64,000 nucleotides of DNA from Candidatus Eiseniibacteriota bacterium. Lineage in GTDB: Bacteria > Eisenbacteria > RBG-16-71-46 > CAIMUX01 > VGJL01. The notes beneath the pieces are model-generated. The model had not been told where the DNA came from. It did not search any database and saw nothing but the letters and a program-made list of their open reading frames with translations. The position numbers and the translations under genes were made by a program. This document shows, in pieces, positions 10,357 through 21,466 of the stretch. Location: contig CAWBWI010000005.1 in NCBI GenBank assembly GCA_963792585.1, positions 128,001 through 192,000 on the forward strand. The letters run 5' to 3'. Position 1 is the stretch's first letter, and every line of letters starts with the position of its first letter.

Positions 10357-11492
10357 GCCAGTTCCTTCCGGAAACCACGGACCGACAGAATGAGCCCGAT
10401 CGCGGAGAAGGCGATCATCGAAAGACCTTGCACGAACAGGACGTCGGCGCCGACGCCCTTCAGGAAGATCCCCCGCGTCACGACGAGGAAGTAACGCGCC
10501 GGAACGCCGATGGTGAGGATCTGGAGCGCTCGAGGCATCGCGCTGATCGCGAACATGAACCCCGAGAGCAGGTAGGCCGGCAGGAAGGTGAGCACCATCG
10601 CAAGCTGCGTGGCCAGCATCTGCGAGCGCGTGACCGCAGAGATGAAGATTCCGAGCCCCAGCGCGCCGGTCAGGAAGAAGAAGCTCAAGATCATCAAGAG
10701 GATGGGGCTTCCCCGCAACGGCACGCCGAAGAGGAAGACCCCCAGAAGGGTCGTCACGACCACGTCGGCAAGACCGATCACCAGATAGGGGAGGAGCTTG
10801 CCCAAAACGACCTCGACGCGCGAGACCGGGGTCGCGGCGAGCTGCTCCATCGTTCCCCGTTCCCACTCGCGCGCGATCGTGAGCGAGGTGAGGATCGCCG
10901 CGATGATCATCATGATCACGGCGATCAGCCCGGGCACGATCATGTTCCGGCTCTTGAGATCCTCGTTGTACCAGACGCGTGATTCCGCCTGCAACGGCGG
11001 CTTCCACGATGTCCCCTGCACCATGACGGAGGAGCTGAAGTTCAGGACGACACCCTGTACGTAGGCGAGGATGATCGTGGCGGTGTTCGCGTCGCTTCCG
11101 TCCACGATCGCCTGCAGCTCGGCGGGGCGTCCCCCGTCGAGCGCCTCGGCGAATCCCGGCGGGATGACCAGAACGACCCGCACGTCTCCCTTCTCCAGGA
11201 GCGGGGCGATCGCATCGGTCCGGTCGATCTCCTCCGTGAAGGTGAAGTAGCCGGCGGAGCGGAAGGTGTCGATCAATCCCCGGCTGCGGGCGGTGTGATC
11301 CTGGTCGCAGACCGCCGTGTGGACGTCGTCGATATCCCAGTTGATCGCATAGCCGAAGAGGATGAGCAGGAGGACCGGCAGCGCAAACGCCAGGATCAGG
11401 CTCCGCGTGTCGCGTCGAAGCTGGATCGCCTCCTTCCGGGAGATCGCCAGGAGCCGCATGGCGCTCAGGCGGACCGGGCGGAGATCAGCCAT
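10353..11492 (-). CDS. ABC-2 type transporter permease (YbhS-like)
   Basis: ISRKEAIQLRRD, VDGSDANTA, IAREWERGTMEQL. Confidence 0.9.
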   Translation of the reverse strand: MADLRPVRLSAMRLLAISRKEAIQLRRDTRSLILAFALPVLLLILFGYAINWDIDDVHTAVCDQDHTARSRGLIDTFRSAGYFTFTEEIDRTDAIAPLLEKGDVRVVLVIPPGFAEALDGGRPAELQAIVDGSDANTATIILAYVQGVVLNFSSSVMVQGTSWKPPLQAESRVWYNEDLKSRNMIVPGLIAVIMMIIAAILTSLTIAREWERGTMEQLAATPVSRVEVVLGKLLPYLVIGLADVVVTTLLGVFLFGVPLRGSPILLMILSFFFLTGALGLGIFISAVTRSQMLATQLAMVLTFLPAYLLSGFMFAISAMPRALQILTIGVPARYFLVVTRGIFLKGVGADVLFVQGLSMIAFSAIGLILSVRGFRKELA

Positions 11493-12429
11493 CGACCGCT
11501 CCCCCCTCGAGGTGCACCAGCGAGACGAAGACGTCTTCGAGGCTCGGCGTGATCTCGTCGATCCCTGCCAGCGGGACCCCGCGCGAGGCGAGAATGGGCG
11601 GGATGGCGGCGCGCGCCTCCGCCGCGTCCCGCACGACCGCATGGACCGCGCGGCCGAACATGCCTACGTCGACGATCCACGGTTCGTTCTTGAGCGCCTC
11701 GACGGCCGTCGCGCAGTCGCCGACGCGGACCTCGAGCAGCGGCGAGGTCATGCTCGTCCGCAGGCCTCCGGGCGTGTCCAGCGCGATCCGTTTCCCTCGG
11801 TTCATCAGGGCGAGACGGTCGCAGTATTCCGCCTCCTCCATGTAGTGGGTCGTGACGAACACCGTCGTCCCCTTTGCCGTGAAGCTGTAGATCAGGTCCC
11901 AGAAGCTCCGGCGCGAGATCGGGTCGACGCCGGAGGTCGGCTCGTCGAGGAAGAGGATCGGCGGTTCGTGGATAAACGCGCATCCCAGCGCGAGGCGCTG
12001 CTTCCAGCCCAGGGACAGCTCGCCGGTCATGCGCCGGCGCATCCCCTCGAGTCCCGCCATCTCGAGGACCCAGTCGCGGCGCTGGACGCGGCGGGTCCGA
12101 TCGACGCCGTAGAGCCCGGAGAAGAGGGCGATGTTCTCCTCGACCGTCAGATCCGCGTAGAGCGAGAAGAGCTGGGACATGTAGCCGATGTGTCGCTTGA
12201 TCGACTCGCTCTGGGTCATGACGTCGAAACCGGCGACCGTGCCGCTGCCGGACGTCGGCAGGATCAGGCCGGTCAGCATCTTGATCGTCGTCGTCTTGCC
12301 CGCACCGTTGGGACCGAGGAAGCCGAAGACCTCGCCCGCGCGCACCTCGAAGGTGACGTCGTCGACGGCCACGAAGGAGCCGAACGTCTTGCGCAGGTGA
12401 TCGACACGAACCGCGATCGAGTCCGTCAT
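11485..12429 (-). CDS. ABC transporter ATP-binding protein
   Basis: Walker A GPNGAGKT, signature LSLGWKQR, Walker B LFLDEPTSGVDP. Confidence 0.95.
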   Translation of the reverse strand: MTDSIAVRVDHLRKTFGSFVAVDDVTFEVRAGEVFGFLGPNGAGKTTTIKMLTGLILPTSGSGTVAGFDVMTQSESIKRHIGYMSQLFSLYADLTVEENIALFSGLYGVDRTRRVQRRDWVLEMAGLEGMRRRMTGELSLGWKQRLALGCAFIHEPPILFLDEPTSGVDPISRRSFWDLIYSFTAKGTTVFVTTHYMEEAEYCDRLALMNRGKRIALDTPGGLRTSMTSPLLEVRVGDCATAVEALKNEPWIVDVGMFGRAVHAVVRDAAEARAAIPPILASRGVPLAGIDEITPSLEDVFVSLVHLEGGAVDG

Positions 12430-13364
12430 GCGCCGGTCCCCTGTTCGATCCGCTCGATGAACACGTCTTCCATCGACCGCTCGATCTCCTGCGCGTCGAG
12501 GACCGTGAAGCCGGAGGCTCGAAGGTGGTCGACGATGTCGCCGGTATCCCGCGAAGCCGAGCCCACGGTGAGGTGGATCCGGTCGCCGAAAACTGCGGCG
12601 CGCCGGACCGCCGGGTGCTGGAGGGCCACGGCCCGGGCCTCGCGCGCCCGATCCAGGCGCACGGCGACGATCTCTCCGGGGAGGCCCTGCGGAAGGTCAG
12701 CAGGAGAGCCGACGGCGAGGATCCGTCCCTTGTTCAGCAGAACGAGCTGGTCGAACCGCTCGGCCTCGTCCATGTAGGCCGTGCTTACGAGGACCGTCGT
12801 CCCCCGATGAACCATCTCGTGGACGATGAGCCAGAGGTCCCGTCGCGAGATCGGGTCGACCCCGAATGTCGGTTCGTCGAGCAGGAGGATTTCCGGCTGG
12901 TGGATGAGCGCGCACGAGAGGGCAAGCTTCTGTTTCATCCCGCCGGAGAGGCGACCGGCGAGGCGATCCGCGAATGCGGCGAGGTTCGAGAAATGAAAGA
13001 GGCGTTCGATGCGCGCCGACCGCTCGCCCCGCGGAACGCGATAGAGATCGGCGAAGAAGAGGATGTTCTCCATCACGGTCAGATCCGCATAGAGGCCGAA
13101 ACGCTGGGGCATGTAGGCAATCCGGTTCTTGACGGCCTCCGGGTCGCGGACGACCGACACGCCGCCGATCCGGGCATCCCCCGAAGAGGGCCGGAGGACG
13201 CCCGCGAGCATCCGGAGTGTCGTGGTCTTGCCGGCGCCGTCGGGTCCGACCAGACCAAAGAGCTCACCCGGGGCGACGGAGAGATCGATCGCGTCGACCG
13301 CGATGAGATCGCGGAATCGCCGGGTCAGCCCCTCGACGACGATCGCGGGCCCGGAGTCGGTCAT
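12426..13364 (-). CDS. ABC transporter ATP-binding protein
   Basis: GPDGAGKT, LSGGMKQK, LLLDEPTFGVDP; ATG at 13364. Confidence 0.95.
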   Translation of the reverse strand: MTDSGPAIVVEGLTRRFRDLIAVDAIDLSVAPGELFGLVGPDGAGKTTTLRMLAGVLRPSSGDARIGGVSVVRDPEAVKNRIAYMPQRFGLYADLTVMENILFFADLYRVPRGERSARIERLFHFSNLAAFADRLAGRLSGGMKQKLALSCALIHQPEILLLDEPTFGVDPISRRDLWLIVHEMVHRGTTVLVSTAYMDEAERFDQLVLLNKGRILAVGSPADLPQGLPGEIVAVRLDRAREARAVALQHPAVRRAAVFGDRIHLTVGSASRDTGDIVDHLRASGFTVLDAQEIERSMEDVFIERIEQGTGA

Positions 13365-14360
13365 GGCCGCCGCATATCGATCGTCACGTCGACGGGCATG
13401 CCGGGCTTCAGATCCAGCGATGGATCGCCGGTGATCCGGACCTTGACTGCGTAGACGAGCTTCACCCGCTCCTCGGCCGTCTGCACCGTCTTCGGCGTGA
13501 ACTCCGCCCGGCTCGCGATGAAAGAGACCTCCCCCGGATACGTCTTGCCGCGAAACGTGTCGCAGGTCAGGACCGCGGCGAGACCGAGCCGGATCCCGCC
13601 GATCCGCGTCTCCGGCACGTAGATCCGCACCCAACGGTCATCGGGATTCATCACCGTCAGGACGGCGGCGCCGGCCGGCACGATCTCCCCGGGCTCCCGG
13701 TGGCGGACGGTGACGATGCCGTCGAACGCGGAGCGGATCGTCATGTTGGCGAGCATGGCCTCGATCTGGCGGACCGCGGCCTCCGCCTGCGCGACCTGCG
13801 CCCGCTGCGCATCGATTCGCTCCCGTCGCGGGCCCGCCCGGACCAGCGCGAACTGCTCCTGCGCAGCCCTCGGCCTGGTTCTTTGCAACGTCGTACGCAA
13901 GCCGCGCCTTGTCGTATGCCTCCGGACTTGCGGCTCCGCCGTCGCGAAGGGCGAGCGCTCGATCGAGATCGCGTTTCGCGTCATCCATCCGCTGCGCGGC
14001 CGCGTCGCGGTTCGCCCGCGCCTGAGCGATTTCCTCATCGCGGGAACCCCGCTCCATCTCCGAGAGGAGCGCGCGGGCCGCATCGAGCTGCGCTTGGGTC
14101 TGATCGAGCCTCGCCTGCTGCTCCGAACGATCCAGAGTCGCCAGGACCGCGTCGGCCTTCATCCGGTCTCCTTCCCGGACGGCGATATCGGCGATCCGGC
14201 CGGTCAACTGGAAGCCGAGCTGCGCCTCTGTCGCCTCCGCCGTGCCCGAGGCAAGGAGCTGGTCGCTGGCGCGTCGATTGCGCGCCTGATGGGTGATGAC
14301 GACGATGGCGCCGATCGCGAGGATCCCGACGACGGGAATGAGCCTTCGATTGGGTTTCAT
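13361..14360 (-). CDS. HlyD-family membrane fusion protein (YbhG-like), one apparent frameshift near 13868
   Basis: N-terminal half (MKPNRRLIPVV...AKNQAE) and C-terminal half (AAQEQFALVRAGPR...AEFTPKTVQT...LKPGMP) lie in different frames, joined at a short G-run. Confidence 0.85.
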
Positions 14361-15705
14361 GGCCTGGACTCCAAGTTCTGGGCGAGCCACTCGAGGGAGA
14401 GCTGGCCGGTGATGCGGGCAAGATCGACCCGGGTCACGATCTCGCGGTAGCGGGCGTTCACGAGGTTCGCTCGCGCGGCGAGGAGGTCGGCTTCCGCGCT
14501 CAGGTAATCGGTCTGCGTGCCCGAGCCGACATCCAGGGAGAGCTTCTCGATGCGCGCGACCTCCGTCATGCTGGCGACCGCGCTCTTGAGGCTGCGCACG
14601 CGGGCGTGGGCTTCCGCGACCATGGTGGACGCGCGCTCGACATCCTGCCGCAGCTGGAGTTCGGACAGGCGCAGTTGCTCGAACGCGCCGCGGCGCACGG
14701 CGTCGGAACGCGCGATCCCGCTCTCGATCGCGCCGCCCGTGAAGAGGGGCAGAGCGAGGTGCGCGCCCGCATTCCACTCGATCTGATCGTTTCCCTTCGC
14801 AGTCGGACCAGCCGTTGTAGCCGCCGGCGAGCGCAATCGAGGGAAGGCGAGTGCCACGGGCCACGCGGCGCCCGGCCTCCGCCGCCGCGGCCTGCGCCCG
14901 GGCCAGCGCGAGAGCCGGGCTCTTCGCGATCGCCTCGACGATCGTCCGCTCCGGATCCGGCGGGAGAGTGTCGGCGAGCTCGACCGCCTCGGAGTTCCGG
15001 TGCCCGTGTCTGCGCGACCTCCGCTCCGATCAGGCGGGCGAGGTCTCCCTCGGCGAGCGCCAGGGCGGAGGCATAGCTCACCCGTTCCGCGTCGGCGTTG
15101 GCGATCGCCGCGTCGACCCTCAGACGCTCGACGGGCGCGGCCCGCCCCACGGCGAGGAGCTGGGCGACGCGTTCCGTCTCGGCAGCGAGGGCCGCGAGCC
15201 GGCTGTCGTGGGCTTCCAGGATCTCGCGGCGGCTCAGAACATCGACGTAGGAAACGATGACGCGCCCCGCGATCGATTGGCCCGCCGCGTCGAGGGCCGC
15301 ATCGGCGGAGGCGGCGCGTTCCCGCGCCTGTCGCACCCGCGCGCCCCGCGCCCCGCCGTCGAAGAGGGCGTAGTTCAGGTTCAGCCCTCCCTGATAGATC
15401 GTCCGCTCGAACGGAGGAAGCGCCCCGGGCCTGAATCCGTGGATGGGATAGACGGCCATCGGCTCCTCGTACCGATTCGCGGCGGCCGTGAGGCGGAGGC
15501 TCGGGAACCATGCGGCGCGCGCCTCTCCAATCGCGGCGCGCGCCTCCTCGCCGGCCGCAGCCGCGACGGCCACGGCGGGATAGCCTTCGAGGGCGCGTCG
15601 GACCGCTTCGTCGACTCTCAGCGACTCCGCGCGGGCGCCTGCGTTCGTCCCCGATAGGACGAGCAGCGCGGCCGCGCTCCGGAGTCCGAAGTCCGCAAGC
15701 TTCAC
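14357..15705 (-). CDS. TolC-family outer membrane efflux protein, two apparent frameshifts (~14990 and ~14800)
   Basis: Signal peptide, ARAAWFPSLRL, LFDGG, LPLFTGG and DYLSAEADL are spread over three frames; GTG 15705 overlaps the TetR stop. Confidence 0.8.
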
Positions 15706-16370
15706 GATCTCTCCTTCCTCACGGGCGGGCGGGAGCGGCGGGCCCCGACGCTGCGCGGGGCGGACTCCCGGACGGGAGCAGCGATCGCCCTGCGCAGGAT
15801 CTCCCAGGCCAGTCGCGCCTGCCGGGTGGCGTCGAACCGCCCATCGCTCAGGAACCATAGGACGCCGACCGGCTGGAAGATGCCCAGGAACATGACCGAG
15901 ACGGCCCCCGGATCGACATCCTCGCGGATGCTCCCCTCGGCCTGCCCCTTGCGCACGATCTCCTCGAGACGCCGAAGATATTCCACGAGGGTGCCGTGGA
16001 TCAGAGCCTTCCGTTCGGGGTGTCCAACGTGGAGCTCCTCGGCGAAGAGGATCCGCGGGATCGCCTGGTTTTCCCGGATCATCTCGATCTGGCGCATCAG
16101 CGTCCTGCGAATGACCTCGAGCGGCTCGGCGGATTCGGCACAGGCGGCCTCGACGTTGCTCAGAATCCGCGTACGCAGGTGACCCAGAATGGCGTCGATC
16201 AGCTCATCCTTGTTGCGAAGATGACGGTAGATCGCCGACGGCGAGATTCCGACCCGACGCGCGACGACGACCATGCTCAGGCTGCGGACGCCGCCGGCCA
16301 TCACCAAGCTCAGGCCGGCCCGAGTGATCTGTTCCCGCCGCACTGCGGTCTCGAGTTTCTCCGCCGCCAC
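15702..16370 (-). CDS. TetR/AcrR family transcriptional regulator
   Basis: HTH VARRVGISPSAIYRHLRNKDEL; first gene of the efflux operon. Confidence 0.92.
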   Translation of the reverse strand: MAAEKLETAVRREQITRAGLSLVMAGGVRSLSMVVVARRVGISPSAIYRHLRNKDELIDAILGHLRTRILSNVEAACAESAEPLEVIRRTLMRQIEMIRENQAIPRILFAEELHVGHPERKALIHGTLVEYLRRLEEIVRKGQAEGSIREDVDPGAVSVMFLGIFQPVGVLWFLSDGRFDATRQARLAWEILRRAIAAPVRESAPRSVGARRSRPPVRKERS

Positions 16371-16381
16371 CTACCCTCCCG

Positions 16382-16429
16382 ATGTGAATGCAGATTCACA
16401 TTATGAAACAATCTTCCCGGACGTGTCAA
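16382..16429 (-). promoter_or_regulatory. Sigma70-type promoter with overlapping palindromic operator for the TetR efflux operon
   Basis: Minus strand TTGACA (16429-16424), 18-nt spacer, CATAAT (16405-16400). The perfect inverted repeat ATGTGAAT-GCAG-ATTCACAT at 16382-16401 overlaps the -10/TSS region. Confidence 0.75.
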
Positions 16430-16654
16430 CCATGTAAGCGGTCCGTGGCAGTCAGCAGAATGATTGCTATCAATCTGTTATGGACTCTCCGTTCCGGCCA
16501 CCCTGGCACTCACCTTCCCACCTGACGGGTACTGATGTGAATGACTCATCGCATAAGGCCTTCGCCAATCCTCCGACCGAGCCTGCCGGGACGTGTTACC
16601 GTGTCTGGGTCATCACGCTGCGGGGGCGGCGCTCCACGAAGACAAGGAGGATCC

Positions 16655-16861
16655 ATGACAGGCGGAGTCTACAAGTACATCGATGTGGTCGGAACGAGCG
16701 GGAAGTCGATCGAGGATGCCATTGCGACGGCAGTCACCCAGGCGTCCAAGAGCGTTCGCAACATCTACTGGTTCGAGGTGGCCGAGACGCGCGGCAAGAT
16801 CGAGGACGGCAAGGTGGTGGAATACCAGGTGCGGCTGCGGCTGGGTTTCAAGCTCGACTAG
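16655..16861 (+). CDS. Dodecin (flavin-binding protein)
   Basis: VYKYIDVVGTS...SIEDAI...WFEVAETRG...EYQVRLRLGFKL; RBS AAGGAGG. Confidence 0.92.
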   Translation: MTGGVYKYIDVVGTSGKSIEDAIATAVTQASKSVRNIYWFEVAETRGKIEDGKVVEYQVRLRLGFKLD

Positions 16862-16879
16862 CGCGTTCCGCTCTTCCTC

Positions 16880-18854
16880 GTGAGAATCCGCGGGGCGCTC
16901 GTCCTGATCGGGATCGTCTTTGCGCTCCGCGTGATTGCGACCCTGCATCCCACACCCTGGTTGTGGGGGCTCGACGCTTTGGCCGATCGATCGGCCCTCC
17001 TCAAGATCGCCGGCCTAACGCTCTTCGCCCTGGCGCTCGTCCCCGCCGTGGGCGATCGGGTGATGCGGATCCTCGACGGGATCGGCGCCGGCATCCCGCG
17101 CCGGATCACGCTGGCGGCCGCCTGCGCCGCCGGGGTCCTGACTCCTCCTGCTGTTGCGTTCGAACAGCTTGCTCCTCGGGGATACGCAGACCTACGTATC
17201 GGCGATCGAGAAGGGGATTCGATCGGCGGGGGGAGCCCATCGGGAACCGCTTCCCCAGGCAATCCTGATCGGCGTCTACAAGCTCCTGGGTGCGCCGCTC
17301 GGCTGGGGGGCGGCCGGCACATTCACCGCCACGGGTCTGCTGCTGGGCGCCGCGAACTTCGCTCTGTCGGCGGCAATCGCCTCGCGGATCGCGGACAGAT
17401 CGCAGGATAGGATCTTCGCCTTCGCGCTCATCGCCGTCGGCGGAGGCATGCAGCTCTTCAGCGGCTACCCGGAGTACTACGGCTTCGTCGTCGTGGCCGC
17501 ATTGCTCTTCGCCCTTGCCGGCATCCATCGTTGCGACCGCGGTGGGAGTTTGATCCCGGCAACCCTCGCCTTCGTCCTGGCGGGGCTCTGCCATGCGCAA
17601 ATGATCTTCGCCCTTCCCGCCGTCGCGTTCCTGCTCGTGTCCGCCTGGCGGCGCGGGGAGCGCAAGAGCGCCGTCGGAATGCTGGTGCTCCTGCCGCTGA
17701 CAACGATCCTGGCCCTATGGGTATTGCGTTACCCCTTCGATGAAATCGCCCGCGAGGCGTCCCGCGCCGGCTCGCTGTTGCCGCCGTTCGCTAGGGCCAC
17801 CCCGCGCACGGCGTATGGCGTGTTCGCGCCTGCGCACATCATCGAGTTGCTGAACGTGGGAATCCTCATCTCGCCCGCCCTGCCCGCGGCCGTCGTGCTC
17901 GGCCTCCGCAACCCGGATCCACGGAGGGAGCGCGGGCCCTTCCTGGCACTGCTCGCTGCCGGACCGATCCTCTTCGCCATCCTGGCCAACCCGCAGCTCG
18001 GAATGGTCCGGGACTGGGACATCTTCGTCCTTCCGGTGACGCTTGCCGCCCTTTGGGTGGCCCCCCACGCGATCCACACCCTGCGCGGAGAGGGCGGCCG
18101 CGCGCTGGTCGGGACGATTCTCCTGAGCGGGCTCCTCCATGGCGCCTTCTGGCTGGGGGTGAACCACGCGTCCGCACCGTCGAGGGAGAGGATCCGACGG
18201 GTCGCCGGAACCGCCGCCCTGTTCGGACCTCAGAGCCGCGGCGAGGTCTGGCGCTACATCGGGTCGGCCGAGTTGATCGACGGATCGCGGGTCCGCGCGG
18301 CCGACAGCTACCGAAACGCGATCACCGCGGATCCCGACGAGAGGATGTGCTACCGGCTGCTTGCGGGGCTCGCAATCGACACGGCCGTGCGGGCAGGAGA
18401 AGGGCCGGCGGCCGGCATCGACGCATACCGGGCCAGGCTCGATGGAATCCCGCATCGGCCGGCCTACGCCCATTGGGGCGCCGCGATCGCGGCCTTCGCG
18501 GTCGGGAGCTACGACCTCGTGTTGCGGGAAGCGCGAGCCATGCTCTCCGCGGAACCGGAGCACCCTGAACTCCTCGCCACGATGGGAGACATCCTGCGCA
18601 CAGGCGGTCGCGACGCCGAGGCGCGCAGCCTCTACGAACGCGCCCTCGCGAAGGATCCGGACCTGCCGCGCGCGCGCATCGGGCTTGCCTGCCTCGCGGC
18701 CCTTCGCGGAGACTCCGAGGAATACGAGTCGGAGGTGCGGGAGGCGCTCCTGCGAACGCCGTGGGCGCCCCAGGCGCAACAGTTTGCGCAGACTGCCGGA
18801 CGTTCCCCGACGGCCAGCCCCGAGTCGTACCGCCGCTACTTCTACGTTCGCTGA
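16880..18854 (+). CDS. Multi-pass membrane protein with C-terminal TPR repeats (possibly GT-C-like), apparent frameshift near 17140
   Basis: ORF 16880 supplies the N-terminal TMs. ORF 17154 continues (LLGD, YPEYY, RDWDIF, TPR-like EARSLYERALAKDPD). Confidence 0.65.
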
Positions 18855-18902
18855 CCCCCCACAGCGGCGTAGGATCGAGGAGCGGAAGGAGGGAATCCCT
18901 CG

Positions 18903-19325
18903 ATGCAAACTCATACCCCGCTCCTGAGCATCGCCCTCATGCTCGCGTTCCTGGCGGGCTGCCATGCCGGCGGCGGCTCCAAAGGGCCGGGCTCTGGAGA
19001 CTCGCCCGACATCATCGGCACCTGGACGTGGACCGAATCCACCGGCGGGATTGCCGGGGCCACCAAGAACCCCGAGACCTCCGGCGAGAGCTGGTCGATC
19101 GAGTTCCGGAAGGACGGCACGTACAGCGAGGTGCGCAATGGAGAGGAACGCACCGGCCGCTACTCGATCGAGGAGCGTCCGAGCATATTCGATCACGAGC
19201 AGCGTCCGGCGCTGGTGATCGAGGGAAGTCTCGAGAGAATCATCTCGCGACCCGAATCGGACAAGCTGGTCCTGAACGACAACGTCTACGACGGATTCAA
19301 CAGCGTCTTCACCAAAGCGCGATAG
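18903..19325 (+). CDS. Lipoprotein (lipocalin-like beta fold)
   Basis: Lipobox LAGC; IIGTWTWTESTGGIAG. Confidence 0.75.
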   Translation: MQTHTPLLSIALMLAFLAGCHAGGGSKGPGSGDSPDIIGTWTWTESTGGIAGATKNPETSGESWSIEFRKDGTYSEVRNGEERTGRYSIEERPSIFDHEQRPALVIEGSLERIISRPESDKLVLNDNVYDGFNSVFTKAR

Positions 19326-19364
19326 CGCGCCGGCGGCCCCCGCGCCGCGAGAGGAAGGATCCCG

Positions 19365-20381
19365 ATGCAGATCCTCATCCTGGGAGGCACCCGTTTCATC
19401 GGACCCACCGCCGTTCACCGTCTCGTGGAGGACGGCCACAAGGTGACGGTCTTCCACCGCGGTCAGAGCCGCGCTCCGCTCCCCGCGAGCGTCCACCACA
19501 TGCTCGGCAACCGACGGAGTCTGTCCGATTTCGTTGAAGCCTTCCGGCGGCTCTCTCCCGATGTCGTCCTGGACATGCTCCCCGTCACGGAGCTCGACGC
19601 GAAATCGGTCATGAGGACCTTCAAGGGCATCACGCGCCGGCTCGTCGCGATCTCCAGCGCCGACGTCTACCGCGCCTACGGGCGGCTCGTCGGGACCGAG
19701 CCCGGAGAGCCCGATCCCGTTCCCATCACGGAAGACTCCCCCCTTCGCGAGAAGCTCTATCCCTTCCGCGGCAAGGGAGGGGTGATGGACGACTACGACA
19801 AGATCCTGGTGGAGCGCGTCGTGCTCGGGGACCCGGAGTTGCCTGGGACCATCCTCCGCCTGCCGATGGTCCACGGGCCGCGGGACACGCAGCACCGCCT
19901 TTTCCCGTTCCTCAAGCGGATGGACGACCGTCGCCCCGCGATCATCCTCGAGGAGGGACTGGCCCGCTGGCGCTGCGCGCGGTCGTACGTGGAAGACGTC
20001 GGTGCCGCGATCGCTCTCGCGGTGACCGACGACCGCGCGGCGGGGCGCGTCTACAACGTGGCCGAGCGGGGGGACGAGACCACATACGACTGGGTCAAGC
20101 GCATCGCCCGCGTCGTCGGTTGGCGCGGGGAGATCTTCGTCCTGACGAAGGAGGATGCGCCGGAGCACCTCTCCTGGGGAATCGAGACGACCCAGGACTT
20201 GCTCCTCGACTCGAACCGGATCCGCGAGGAGTTGGGATTCCAGGAGCCGACGGATCCGATCGATGCCATCGCGCGGACGATTGCGTGGGAGCGCGAGCAT
20301 CCCCCCGAGAAGATCGATCCGGCGCAATTCGACTACGCCAAGGAGACGGCCGCCGTCGCGCGGGCGCGACGGGCGGAGTAG
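19365..20381 (+). CDS. NAD-dependent epimerase/dehydratase family protein
   Basis: ILILGGTRFIG, ISSADVY, YDKILVE, LRLPMVHGP. Confidence 0.9.
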   Translation: MQILILGGTRFIGPTAVHRLVEDGHKVTVFHRGQSRAPLPASVHHMLGNRRSLSDFVEAFRRLSPDVVLDMLPVTELDAKSVMRTFKGITRRLVAISSADVYRAYGRLVGTEPGEPDPVPITEDSPLREKLYPFRGKGGVMDDYDKILVERVVLGDPELPGTILRLPMVHGPRDTQHRLFPFLKRMDDRRPAIILEEGLARWRCARSYVEDVGAAIALAVTDDRAAGRVYNVAERGDETTYDWVKRIARVVGWRGEIFVLTKEDAPEHLSWGIETTQDLLLDSNRIREELGFQEPTDPIDAIARTIAWEREHPPEKIDPAQFDYAKETAAVARARRAE

Positions 20382-20422
20382 GGCTCCCCTCCACTCGGCC
20401 GCCGCGCCCGCGCGCCCGGCGA

Positions 20423-21466
20423 CTATTGAATCTGCACGGAACCGGCCGTGAAGCCGGTCGCCTGCATCGGCCGGAACAGCCCGTCGCTCACCTCGCCGGC
20501 AACCGGCGTGACCGCGGCGGTGCCGGTCGCCCCGTCCTTGATCCGGAAACGAACATTCGCGATCGAGCCGCTGGTCATCGTGAACGCCCCGGTCGCTGTC
20601 GCCGCGAATACGACCCGCCCGCTCGACGGCTCCGCGAACTGGAACATCGGCAACCCGAGCCGCTCCTGGCGAACATCGATCATCTCCAGCTTCGTCGTGT
20701 TGTAGTCGACTGAAACGCTGTAGCCGGTCAGCGACGTGAGGGTCGTGGTCATCGCGATCGCGACGGAGACCGTCATGCCCGGCACTCCCGAAGCGGTTCC
20801 CGCGGCGATCGTGATCGTTCCCTCGTTCAGGGTGCGGTCGGTCGCCGTGTTCGAGGGGCTGGAGCTACCGTTCCCGTTGAACGCATAGACCCGGTAGGTG
20901 TACGACGTATTCGGCGCAAGTCCGGTGTGTAGGTAGCTCGTCGCATTGGCGGCCACTTCCCCGGCCTGAAGCCAGGATCCGTCCCCCTGCACCTCGATCC
21001 GGAAGCCCGTCTCGTCGCTCGAGGCGTCGGTCCAGCTCAACAGGATGGAGGTTGAAGACTGCGCGGCGGCGGCGAGGTCCGTCGGGGTTGCAGGACCCGC
21101 CTCCTCCGGCGGGGTCGTGACGCTCGCGATGTTGGAGTAGTCGGAGTTCCCATCCCCGTTGAACGCACGCACCCGGAACGAGTAGGGAGTATTCGGCGTC
21201 AGGCTGGAAACGCTGAAGACCGTGGCGTTCTCCCCGATCTGACCGATCTGGATCCAGCCGCTATTGGTCTGCCGTTCGATCCGGAAGCCGTCCTCGTCCG
21301 TCGACTCATCGATCCATTGGAGGCCGACGCTCACCGGTGAGGTCGCCGTCGCGATCAGGTTCGACGGCGCAGCGGGAGCCTTCCCGGGCTCCGTGCCACC
21401 CCCTCCCCCTCCGCATCCGACCGTCAGAAAACAGAGGATCGCCGCGAGCCCCAGAAGGCGGTTCAT
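20423..21466 (-). CDS. Lipoprotein with two fibronectin type III domains and a C-terminal cohesin-like domain
   Basis: Lipobox LTVGC and two FN3 repeats (LTPNTPYSFRVRAFN, LAPNTSYTYRVYAFN). C-terminus GVPGMTVSVAI...GYSVSVDYNTTKLE...GSIANVRFRIK...GSVQIQ has a cohesin pattern. Confidence 0.8.
   Translation of the reverse strand: MNRLLGLAAILCFLTVGCGGGGGGTEPGKAPAAPSNLIATATSPVSVGLQWIDESTDEDGFRIERQTNSGWIQIGQIGENATVFSVSSLTPNTPYSFRVRAFNGDGNSDYSNIASVTTPPEEAGPATPTDLAAAAQSSTSILLSWTDASSDETGFRIEVQGDGSWLQAGEVAANATSYLHTGLAPNTSYTYRVYAFNGNGSSSPSNTATDRTLNEGTITIAAGTASGVPGMTVSVAIAMTTTLTSLTGYSVSVDYNTTKLEMIDVRQERLGLPMFQFAEPSSGRVVFAATATGAFTMTSGSIANVRFRIKDGATGTAAVTPVAGEVSDGLFRPMQATGFTAGSVQIQ

Noticed and set aside
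18852..18903. TGA in frame with the next ORF as a third read-through
   Set aside because: An in-frame TAG intervenes, and the downstream lipoprotein has its own RBS and signal peptide.
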